64,000 nucleotides of DNA from Eubacteriales bacterium. GTDB taxonomy: Bacteria > Bacillota > Clostridia > Oscillospirales > SIG627. The notes beneath the pieces are model-generated. The model was not told where the DNA came from. It worked only from the letters and a program-made list of their open reading frames with translations, and did not search any database. Both the position numbers and the translations under genes were made by a program. Positions 29,473 through 36,672 of this stretch are shown here, one piece after another (position 1 is the stretch's first letter; each line of letters begins with the position of its first letter). Where the stretch lies: NCBI GenBank assembly GCA_045658765.1, contig JAZOVP010000117.1:35303-99302 (forward strand), in the 5' to 3' direction.

Positions 29473-30219
29473 TTATTTTTCGATGCCGAAATCCTCGAGG
29501 GAGAGGGAAGAAAGATCGGCTTCTTCCTCTTCTTGATTTTCTTCGGGGAGCGTGCTTAAAATTTTCTTTTCTTCGGGCGGGATCGCCGCCTTTTTTGAGG
29601 GGAGGAAGAAAAAGAAAAGGGAAAGCGAATAGAAAAGATAATAGAAAAGCACCGAGATCACAACGAAGGAATAGCGGAAGGCATCATAGCGACCGAAATA
29701 GATGGTTTCGGAAAAATAGAACCATGAATATTTTTGCCCAAAGAGAAACGAGAGAATCAAAAGGAAAATTTGAAGAAGAATATGAGCCATGGCAAGGAAG
29801 GCGGTGATGCTTTTTCCTTCGGGCACAAAAGAGGAAACAAAAGAAAACGCGCCGAGAAGCAGAAGGAAAACGAGGGTGAAAATTTGGGGAAAAGAGATGT
29901 TTTCCTCGGAAAAAAGGAAAAGCGATTCCAAAAAAGCATAGCAAAAAAGGGGCACTCCCGCCAAGATGGGTGCGAGGCGCTTTGCGGATTTGGAATATTC
30001 AGAAAGAAGGATTGCAATCAAAAGCAAAAAGGGAGAGAGCATCCAGAAAAGATCCGAAAGGGTGGAAAGAGCGCCGTCTTTCGTGCCCAAGGGGAATTCA
30101 AAGCCCACCACAACTCCGCGATCGGAAAACCAGCCCATGGTGAGAAAAGTGAAAATGAGCATCCCCACAGCAGGGAAAAGGGCGGGGAAAAAATTGGAAT
30201 TGCGGGAACCTGATTTCAT
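29473..30219 (-). CDS. polytopic membrane protein with an acidic C-terminal tail, function unknown
   Basis: 248 aa with about 7 TM segments. The tail is EENQEEEEADLSSLSLEDFGIEK. GGAGGT RBS before the ATG at 30219. Confidence 0.6.
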   Translation of the reverse strand: MKSGSRNSNFFPALFPAVGMLIFTFLTMGWFSDRGVVVGFEFPLGTKDGALSTLSDLFWMLSPFLLLIAILLSEYSKSAKRLAPILAGVPLFCYAFLESLFLFSEENISFPQIFTLVFLLLLGAFSFVSSFVPEGKSITAFLAMAHILLQIFLLILSFLFGQKYSWFYFSETIYFGRYDAFRYSFVVISVLFYYLFYSLSLFFFFLPSKKAAIPPEEKKILSTLPEENQEEEEADLSSLSLEDFGIEK

Positions 30220-30332
30220 AGGCAACCTCCTTTTTTTCATTATTATACTATGCTTTTTTTGCTTTTTCAAGCATCTTGTCATTGCAAGTCATAAAAAGCG
30301 GGAGGTAAGATTGCCAAAAAAAGGAGAAAAAC

Positions 30333-30728
30333 ATGAAAAAGCTAACGGAGAGAGCAGCAAAGGAGAAGATTCGCGATTATTTTTTATCGCGAAAAGAGGA
30401 AAAAAGGGGGCAAGAGGGAGAGGTGATTTTGACCAAAACGGGCGAGATTTTATATGAAGAAAAGCCCTGCACCGTTTCGGGTCTTGCGCTCGCCCTTGGA
30501 TTTTCTTCGCGGGAAAAGCTTTATGCGATCAAAGATAAAAAAATAAAAGCGCTCGTGGATCGAGCGCTTTTAAGAATTGAAGAAAATGCGGAAGAAAAGC
30601 TTTTTTGCAAGGATACCTTCCACGGCGCCAAGCTCTTTTTGGAAGCAAATTTTGCGCGCTGGGCGGGAGAGAGCGAGGCAGAAGAAGGTGCGGCGAATTT
30701 GGGGGTGTGCTCCGTTTGGGCGGAGTGA
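30333..30728 (+). CDS. phage terminase small subunit-like protein
   Basis: 131 aa. PCTVSGLALALGFSSREKLY... then ...RIEENAEEKLF...GAKLFLEANFARW follows the HTH plus oligomerisation pattern of small terminases. Recognised by eye only. AAAGGAG RBS. Confidence 0.6.
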   Translation: MKKLTERAAKEKIRDYFLSRKEEKRGQEGEVILTKTGEILYEEKPCTVSGLALALGFSSREKLYAIKDKKIKALVDRALLRIEENAEEKLFCKDTFHGAKLFLEANFARWAGESEAEEGAANLGVCSVWAE

Positions 30729-31337
30729 TCAGCCCTCTCGCACCAAGATTACCTTGCCGCTATGGATTTTAATCACGGTGCTTTGGGTGCCTTCATTGCT
30801 GACTCCCAAGGGGAAATCGGGCGCCAGAATTTTTTCATTCAGCGGGTATTTTGCACCCGAAACGGAAATTTTGGCTTCGCCCTCGAAAGAAAAGAGGGAA
30901 AAATAACCGCCTGCGAAATCAAAGCAAAACTTGCCTTTTGAAAGAAGGCGAACCGAAGTGTTTTTGGAAAAGAGGATGCCTTCGGCTCCTTCTTTTTCCA
31001 AAAAGGAAAGAATTTGGAGCGAGGCGAGGGAATGCGAGAAGCGATTTCCGCCTAAAGCGCCGTGGAAATGGAAACGGCGATAGCCACGGGAAAGGCCGCA
31101 TCTTGCGGCGGCAAGAAGATCGGTATCGTCTTTTTCAACGGGGAGAACCACGGTTTCGATTTTTTCGGGAAAGAATCCCAAAGAATCGCCGTCGCCGATG
31201 AAAAGATCGGGCAAAATTCCTGAATTTTGAAGGTGGGTTAAGCCCCCGTCGGCGGCGATCACAAGATCGCCTTTGTTTTTTATAAAACCTTCGGGAGAAA
31301 AATCTGCTGCGCCCACGATGTGGCAAACGCCGTTCAT
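30729..31337 (-). CDS. thiN: thiamine diphosphokinase
   Basis: 202 aa. IAADGG...LPDLFIGDGDS motif of the TPK family. Its stop abuts the terS-like stop as TGATCA. Confidence 0.85.
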   Translation of the reverse strand: MNGVCHIVGAADFSPEGFIKNKGDLVIAADGGLTHLQNSGILPDLFIGDGDSLGFFPEKIETVVLPVEKDDTDLLAAARCGLSRGYRRFHFHGALGGNRFSHSLASLQILSFLEKEGAEGILFSKNTSVRLLSKGKFCFDFAGGYFSLFSFEGEAKISVSGAKYPLNEKILAPDFPLGVSNEGTQSTVIKIHSGKVILVREG

Positions 31338-31341
31338 AAAA

Positions 31342-31998
31342 TTATCCTTTCTTAAAAGAGGGGATTTTGGAAACTGCCAGTGAGGCGATGGCGGTGAGAA
31401 TGATTTCGGGGATCATATAAAGACCGTTGTAGACCAGGGAATACACAATGGCAAGACCCGTGCCCGAGAAGGTGCTCATCACCCAAGAGGAGATGGCAAG
31501 ATCCTTTGCGGCGCTTTCCAAGAAGAACCATTCAGCCCATGCGCCGTAGAAGATGGCGCCCGAGAGGGTGTGGAAAAGATAGCAGAGGAAAAGAGCGAAC
31601 ACAGAACCCCAGAAAAGCGCCCATTTTTGAGAAAGGCGATTTCGGAAAATGCCTGCCAAGCCCACGGATGTGAACGCGAGAATGTAATCAATGAGCAAAA
31701 TGAGGAAGGCAATGCCCACCGAGCCCATATAGGAATCGGAATCGGGAATGAAAAGCGCCGATACCGTGCGGAAGCCAACCGCCATTTGCAAAAGGGAATA
31801 CACGAAGGCGCTTCCGAGACCCCAACGGATGCCGTAGAGGTAGGAGATCAGAACGAGAGGCAAAAGACTTGCCAAGGTGATGGTGCCGCCGAAAGGAAGA
31901 TTTAAAAAGGGGATCCATTCGGACACCAAGGAAAGGGCGGTTCCCAGCGAAATGAGCATTGCAGAGGTAACCAGTTTTTTTGTTTTCGAGTGTTTCAT
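31342..31998 (-). CDS. thiT: ECF transporter S component for thiamine
   Basis: 218 aa with 6 TM segments. Lies directly downstream of a TPP riboswitch. AAGGAG RBS before the ATG at 31998. The tracked ORF extends into the riboswitch. Confidence 0.8.
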   Translation of the reverse strand: MKHSKTKKLVTSAMLISLGTALSLVSEWIPFLNLPFGGTITLASLLPLVLISYLYGIRWGLGSAFVYSLLQMAVGFRTVSALFIPDSDSYMGSVGIAFLILLIDYILAFTSVGLAGIFRNRLSQKWALFWGSVFALFLCYLFHTLSGAIFYGAWAEWFFLESAAKDLAISSWVMSTFSGTGLAIVYSLVYNGLYMIPEIILTAIASLAVSKIPSFKKG

Positions 31999-32007
31999 AA
32001 AAAACTC

Positions 32008-32150
32008 CTTAAAAAAATTCGCACAGGACGGAAGTCCCGTGCGAACGCGAATCTGGTTCTCTTGAAAACTCCCTACGCCGGTATTATCCATCTCAGGTTA
32101 AAGGGTTTGCGGTTTTCCGCATCTCAGCCGTAGCACCCCTGTTTTTCCGC
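32008..32150 (-). promoter_or_regulatory. TPP (THI-box) riboswitch with an intrinsic-terminator expression platform
   Basis: Minus strand reads GGGGUGCUACGGCUGAGAUGCGGAAAACCGCAAACCCUUUAACCUGAGAUGGAUAAUACCGGCGUAGGGAG, which contains the CUGAGA and ACCUGA..GGAUAAU.CC.GCG core. It is followed by the hairpin gcacgggac-uucc-guccugugc and a U7 run (32011-32045). Confidence 0.88.
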
Positions 32151-32166
32151 TCTTGTGCGTGAGATT

Positions 32167-32195
32167 ATCTTATCTGCTTTTTTTATGTTTGTCAA
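32167..32195 (-). promoter_or_regulatory. sigma-A promoter driving the TPP riboswitch and thiT-thiN
   Basis: Minus strand reads TTGACA, 17 nt, TAAGAT. The -35 lies 9 nt from the terL-like ATG on the other strand. Confidence 0.55.
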
Positions 32196-32203
32196 GTGAG
32201 AAA

Positions 32204-33574
32204 ATGAAATCTATTGAAAAATTTTTAAATTCGATTCATCCGTTTCCGCCTCAGGAAGAGTTTTTCCGCGCGAAGGCAAGAAGAATTGCCTATGGCGGGG
32301 CAAGAGGCGGCGGAAAAAGCTTTGCGATGCGAGCAAAGCTTGTGCTTTTGGCGCTTCGCTATCCCGGAATTCAAATTTTGCTTTTAAGAAGAAGCTTTCC
32401 CGAGCTTCGCGAAAATCATATCAATCCGCTTCGAAAATGGCTTTACGGGATTGCCACCTTTCGGGAATCCACAAAGGAATTTTTGTTTGCCTCTGGCTCG
32501 CGCATCAAGCTCGGTTATCTTGCCGAGGAGGGGGATGTGCTTCAATATCAGGGGCAGGCGTATGAAGTGATTGGCATGGAAGAGGCAACGCAGTTCACGG
32601 AAGCGCAGTATTACGCGATGACGGAATGTTGCCGCCTTTCGGGGCAAATGAAAGAAAAATTCACTCCGAGAATGTATTTTACTTGCAATCCCGGCGGGGT
32701 GGGGCATGCTTGGGTGAAGCGCCTTTTTATTGATCGGGATTACCGAGATGGGGAGGCGGCGGAGGATTATGTGTTTATTCCTTCCACGGTATACGACAAT
32801 CGGTATTTGATTCGGGAAAACCCCGAATATGTGCGAAATCTTGAAAGTTTGCCTCCGCTTCGCCGAAAGGCGATGCTGGAGGGGGATTGGGATGTGTTTG
32901 AGGGGCAGTATTTCACGGAATTTGATCGGAAAAAGCACGAAATTAAGCCCTTTGAAATTCCCGATTCCTGGCATCGCTTTGCGGCGATGGATTATGGGCT
33001 TGATATGACCTGCTGCCTTTGGTTTGCCTATCCTCCCGATCGAAGCCGCATTGTGATTTATCGCGAGCTCTATGAACCCTCTCTGGTGCTTTCTGCGGCG
33101 GCGGAGAAGATTTTGAAATTTCAAGGAAAAGAAGAGCTTCGTTATCTTACCGCTTCGCCCGATTTATCGGGAAGAAGGCAGGATGCGGGCAAAACGGGCT
33201 TTGATATTTTGAAAAACTGCGGACTTCGCGGGCTTGTTTCGGCGGATAACGAAAGGATTGCGGGGTGGCGCAGGGTGAGAGAATTCCTTCGAGCCGAAAC
33301 GGAAGAAGGGGCTTATTTGGGGATTTTTCCATCGTGCCGAAATCTGATTCGAACCCTGCCGCGACTCACCTTTGATTCGGTGAAAACAGAAGATGCCGCG
33401 ATTCATCCCCATGAATATACCCATGCTCCCGATGCTTTGCGCTACGGGCTTTCTTCTTTGCCTTTTTTGCCGGGAGAAATCAGGGCGGAAAAGGAGATTG
33501 TGCGCGATATTAAGGCGGAATTTTTTGGGAAGAAGCAGGGGAATCAGAGTTATATCGGCTTTTTGAAAAAATAA
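32204..33574 (+). CDS. phage terminase large subunit-like protein
   Basis: 456 aa. Walker A YGGARGGGKSF, an ATPase core (ILLLRRSFPEL, GMEEATQF), and a C-terminal RNaseH-like nuclease region (AMDYG...HAPDALRYG). No obvious RBS. The tracked start at 32153 lies inside the riboswitch promoter region. Confidence 0.8.
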   Translation: MKSIEKFLNSIHPFPPQEEFFRAKARRIAYGGARGGGKSFAMRAKLVLLALRYPGIQILLLRRSFPELRENHINPLRKWLYGIATFRESTKEFLFASGSRIKLGYLAEEGDVLQYQGQAYEVIGMEEATQFTEAQYYAMTECCRLSGQMKEKFTPRMYFTCNPGGVGHAWVKRLFIDRDYRDGEAAEDYVFIPSTVYDNRYLIRENPEYVRNLESLPPLRRKAMLEGDWDVFEGQYFTEFDRKKHEIKPFEIPDSWHRFAAMDYGLDMTCCLWFAYPPDRSRIVIYRELYEPSLVLSAAAEKILKFQGKEELRYLTASPDLSGRRQDAGKTGFDILKNCGLRGLVSADNERIAGWRRVREFLRAETEEGAYLGIFPSCRNLIRTLPRLTFDSVKTEDAAIHPHEYTHAPDALRYGLSSLPFLPGEIRAEKEIVRDIKAEFFGKKQGNQSYIGFLKK

Positions 33575-33603
33575 TTGACTCCGCACTTTTTCTTTGCTAC
33601 AAT
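33575..33603 (+). promoter_or_regulatory. sigma-A promoter for the QueG-like gene
   Basis: TTGACT, 17 nt, TACAAT. It begins immediately after the terL-like stop codon. Confidence 0.55.
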
Positions 33604-33619
33604 CTTTGCGGAGGATCTT

Positions 33620-34414
33620 ATGCTCAAAGAATTTTTTGAAAGAGAAAACATTGAATTTTATTCCACGCTGAAGGCGAAGGATCTTGTGATTTGGGACAAG
33701 GCAAAAATGGCTCGGGTGGAAGAAGAGATCGGCGAGGTGAAATGCGCGGTGATCTTTTTGATTCCGTATTTTGCGGGTCAGAAAACCACCAATCTTTCGA
33801 TTTATGCCCAGCCGAGGGATTATCACTATTTTCTTTTGCTTTTATCGGAGCGTTTTGAGGAATACCGAAACAAAAAGGGGCTTTCTTTTTCGTTTCGTGG
33901 ATTTGCCGATTCCTCGCCGCTTGCCGAGCGCGATGCCGCGCTGAAGGCGGGGCTTGGTGTTTTGGGGAAAAATGGGCTGATTTTAAATGAAAAATACGGC
34001 TCGTTTGTGTTTATCGGCGCATTCTTTTTGAATGAAGAATTGCCCGCAGAGCAGATTTTGGAAAAAATGAATTGCCCCGCTTGCGGGGAGTGCGAAAAGG
34101 CGTGCCCCACGGGAGCGATTTTTGATCCCGAGAGGAAAACATGCCTATCGCTTATTTCGCAAAAGAAAAATCGCTCGCCCGAGGAAGATGTGCTTTTGGA
34201 AAAAGCCGAATGTAAATGGGGATGCGATTTATGCCAAAATGTTTGCCCGATGAATCGATTTGCCGAGAAAACCCCGATTCCCTTCTTTTTGGAGGATCAT
34301 ATCATAGAGCTTTCGGAGGATGTGATCGGAATGGAAAAAGAAGAATTTAAAAAACGCGCCTTTTCCTGGCGAGGCAAGGCCATTTTAAAGAGAAACCTTG
34401 CAATAGAAGAATAA
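33620..34414 (+). CDS. epoxyqueuosine reductase (QueG)-family 4Fe-4S protein, short form
   Basis: 264 aa. CPACGECEKACPTGAI and CDLCQNVCPMN ferredoxin motifs. The N-terminal region is DUF1730-like. Confidence 0.6.
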   Translation: MLKEFFERENIEFYSTLKAKDLVIWDKAKMARVEEEIGEVKCAVIFLIPYFAGQKTTNLSIYAQPRDYHYFLLLLSERFEEYRNKKGLSFSFRGFADSSPLAERDAALKAGLGVLGKNGLILNEKYGSFVFIGAFFLNEELPAEQILEKMNCPACGECEKACPTGAIFDPERKTCLSLISQKKNRSPEEDVLLEKAECKWGCDLCQNVCPMNRFAEKTPIPFFLEDHIIELSEDVIGMEKEEFKKRAFSWRGKAILKRNLAIEE

Positions 34415-34416
34415 GA

Positions 34417-34445
34417 AAGAACACCCAAGAGGGTGTTCTTTTTTT
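34417..34445. terminator. bidirectional terminator, copy 1 of a thrice-repeated hairpin
   Basis: aagaacaccc-aaga-gggtgttctt followed by a T-run. Confidence 0.85.
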
Positions 34446-34447
34446 GA

Positions 34448-34681
34448 TCAATCTTTTATTTTTTTCAAGCAAGCGGGGCATAGCAGAAGATCGCTTTTCT
34501 GAATCAGATCGCCATCTTTTCCGCAAATGCAGCAAACGGACTTTTCCTTTTGCAAAATGATTTCTTGATTTTCAGGATCAAGTTTCATTAAAACGGAAGA
34601 ATTTGGGGATAAATGAAGCTGATCTCTGATATTTTTGGGAATCACAATTCTTCCCAAGGGGTCAATTTGTTTTATTGTCAT
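34448..34681 (-). CDS. AbrB/MazE/SpoVT-type DNA-binding protein with a C-terminal CxxC..CxxC zinc ribbon (copy 1)
   Basis: 77 aa, MTIKQIDPLGRIVIPKNIRDQL...CCICGKDGDLI...CPACLKKI. GAGGTG RBS before the ATG at 34681. Confidence 0.8.
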   Translation of the reverse strand: MTIKQIDPLGRIVIPKNIRDQLHLSPNSSVLMKLDPENQEIILQKEKSVCCICGKDGDLIQKSDLLLCPACLKKIKD

Positions 34682-34771
34682 AAAATCACCTCGGTTTATT
34701 TTACTACGATTTGATAGTAAAATCAATACTATTATTTGATAGTACATATACTTAACATTGAGGTGAGAGAT

Positions 34772-34990
34772 ATGTATTATCCACGATTAAAAGATTTGCG
34801 TGAAGATCGCGATTTGGTTCAAAAAGAAGTTGCGGCATTTCTTGGGATTGATCAAAGAGTATATAGCAATTATGAAACCGGCAAAAGAGATATTCCCACG
34901 CGTTTTGTGGTTTTGCTCGCAAAATATTATAACACTTCCGCTGATTATATACTGGGTTTAACCAATGAACCTAATTTTGGTAAAAAATAA
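34772..34990 (+). CDS. XRE-family helix-turn-helix regulator
   Basis: 72 aa. LVQKEVAAFLGIDQRVYSNYETGKRDIP is a classic Cro/CI HTH. GAGGTGAG RBS. Confidence 0.8.
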   Translation: MYYPRLKDLREDRDLVQKEVAAFLGIDQRVYSNYETGKRDIPTRFVVLLAKYYNTSADYILGLTNEPNFGKK

Positions 34991-35004
34991 ACTAAAAAAT
35001 AAAA

Positions 35005-35033
35005 AAGAACACCCGAGAGGGTGTTCTTTTTTT
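35005..35033. terminator. bidirectional terminator, copy 2 of the repeated hairpin
   Basis: aagaacaccc-gaga-gggtgttctt followed by a T-run. Confidence 0.85.
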
Positions 35034-35035
35034 GA

Positions 35036-35266
35036 TCAATCTTTTATTTTTTTCAAGCAAGCGGGGCATACCAGAAGATCGCTTTTTTGAATCAGATCGC
35101 TATCTTTTCCGCAAATGCAGCAAACCGGCTCTTCTTTTTTCAATATGATTTCTTGATTTTCAGGATCAATCTTGATGAAAAGGGCAGAGTTTGGGAATAA
35201 ATGAAGCTCTTCTCTGATATTTTTGGGAATCACAATTCTTCCCAAGGGGTCTATTTTTCTGATCAT
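35036..35266 (-). CDS. AbrB/MazE/SpoVT-type DNA-binding protein with a C-terminal zinc ribbon (copy 2)
   Basis: 76 aa, MIRKIDPLGRIVIPKNIREEL...CCICGKDSDLI...CPACLKKIKD. About 80% identical by eye to copy 1. Confidence 0.8.
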   Translation of the reverse strand: MIRKIDPLGRIVIPKNIREELHLFPNSALFIKIDPENQEIILKKEEPVCCICGKDSDLIQKSDLLVCPACLKKIKD

Positions 35267-35334
35267 AATGGAATTTCCTTTTTTTATTGAATTTTCGTTT
35301 GGCGCTTTCCGAGGTGCCAAAAAGAATCTAACTA

Positions 35335-35379
35335 TATGGGGGTTATATCCCCTTAATATTCGAGATTATAACCCCCATA
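35335..35379. promoter_or_regulatory. perfect 13-bp inverted repeat (candidate operator) in a divergent promoter region
   Basis: TATGGGGGTTATA (35335-35347), 19 nt, TATAACCCCCATA (35367-35379). Confidence 0.6.
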
Positions 35380-35404
35380 ATAATAAATGTCAAGGGGGAT
35401 GATT

Positions 35405-35608
35405 ATGATTGTATTTGACCGACTTTGGAACACGATGAAGGAAAAAGGTTTTTCCACGTATCAATTAAGAGAGCGTTGTGGAATCGACAGCAAAACGATC
35501 CGAAGATTAAAAGCGAACGAAAATATCGAAACAAAAACGATTGATAAGATTTGTTTGGCATTGAAATGTCGCATCGAGGATGTGGCGGAATATATTGAGG
35601 ATCGATAA
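35405..35608 (+). CDS. XRE-family helix-turn-helix regulator (different subfamily from 34772)
   Basis: 67 aa, MIVFDRLWNTMKEKGFSTYQLRERCGIDSKTIRRLK. AGGGGGA RBS before the ATG at 35405. Confidence 0.75.
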   Translation: MIVFDRLWNTMKEKGFSTYQLRERCGIDSKTIRRLKANENIETKTIDKICLALKCRIEDVAEYIEDR

Positions 35609-35615
35609 ATAAAAA

Positions 35616-35645
35616 AAGAACACCCAAAAAGGGTGTTCTTTTTTG
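35616..35645. terminator. bidirectional terminator, copy 3 of the repeated hairpin
   Basis: aagaacaccc-aaaaa-gggtgttctt followed by a T-run. It also closes the convergent GGGtGRT operon. Confidence 0.85.
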
Positions 35646-35659
35646 TTTCAAGTGATTTC

Positions 35660-36661
35660 TTATTTGTTGAGAGCCATGGAGATTTCTACGGCTACTGCAA
35701 CGGTGGCGCCTACCATGGGGTTGTTGCCCATACCGATAAGACCCATCATTTCCACGTGAGCGGGAACGGAGGAAGAACCTGCGAACTGCGCATCGCCGTG
35801 CATACGGCCCATGGTATCGGTCATACCGTAGGAAGCGGGGCCTGCTGCCATGTTATCGGGGTGGAGGGTGCTGCCCGTGCCGGCGCCGGAAGCAACAGAG
35901 AAGTATTTTTTGCCGTTTTCGATTGCCCACTTTTTATAGGTTCCTGCAACGGGGTGCTGGAAGCGGGTGGGGTTGGTGGAGTTGCCGGTGATGGAAACGT
36001 CTACCGATTCGTGACGCATGATGGCACCGCCTTCGAGAACGTCGTTTGCACCGTAGCAACGAACCTTTGCTCTTTCGCCATCGGAATAAGCTTTGGTTTT
36101 CACGATCTTAAGTTCGCTATCGGTGAAGTTGTATACGGTTTGCACAAAGGTGAAACCGTTGATTCTGGAGATGATGTGAGCGGCATCTTTGCCCAGACCG
36201 TTGAGGATGATCTGGAGGGGCTCTTTACGAACCTTGTTTGCAGTTTTTGCGATACCGATTGCGCCTTCTGCTGCTGCGAAGGATTCGTGGCCTGCGAGGG
36301 AGCAGAAGCACTTGGTTTCTTCGCGGAGGAGCATTGCGGCAAGATTACCGTGGCCAAGACCAACATCGCGGGTTTCGGCAACGGAACCGTGGATACAGAA
36401 TGCCTGAAGACCGATACCGATTGCTTCAGCAGCTTCGGCAGCGGTTTTCACACCCTTCTTCACTGCGATTGCAGCGCCGAGGGTATATGCCCAAGAAGCA
36501 TTTTCGAATGCGATGGGCTGAACGCCTTTTACAAGGGCATCAACATCAACACCGAGATCCAAGCAGATCTTCTGGGCTTCTTCAAGAGAAGCGATGCCGT
36601 ATTCTTTCAGGCACTCGTTGATTTTATCAATTCTTCTTTCGTAACCTTCAAATTTAACCAT
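35660..36661 (-). CDS. GGGtGRT-family protein (function unknown)
   Basis: 333 aa. N-terminus MVKFEGYERRIDKINECLKEYGI. C-terminal FSVASGAGTGSTLHPDNMAAGPASYGMTDTMGRMHGDAQFAGSSSVPAHVEMMG matches my recollection of the family, with the name motif reading GAGTGST here. Confidence 0.75.
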   Translation of the reverse strand: MVKFEGYERRIDKINECLKEYGIASLEEAQKICLDLGVDVDALVKGVQPIAFENASWAYTLGAAIAVKKGVKTAAEAAEAIGIGLQAFCIHGSVAETRDVGLGHGNLAAMLLREETKCFCSLAGHESFAAAEGAIGIAKTANKVRKEPLQIILNGLGKDAAHIISRINGFTFVQTVYNFTDSELKIVKTKAYSDGERAKVRCYGANDVLEGGAIMRHESVDVSITGNSTNPTRFQHPVAGTYKKWAIENGKKYFSVASGAGTGSTLHPDNMAAGPASYGMTDTMGRMHGDAQFAGSSSVPAHVEMMGLIGMGNNPMVGATVAVAVEISMALNK

Positions 36662-36672
36662 CTTGTGCCTCC

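Noticed and set aside
34448-35608. Type II toxin-antitoxin interpretation of the AbrB/MazE-fold genes
   Set aside because: No toxin-like ORF (MazF, PIN, RelE, Doc and so on) lies adjacent or overlapping. The partner genes are divergently transcribed HTH regulators, not co-transcribed toxins.
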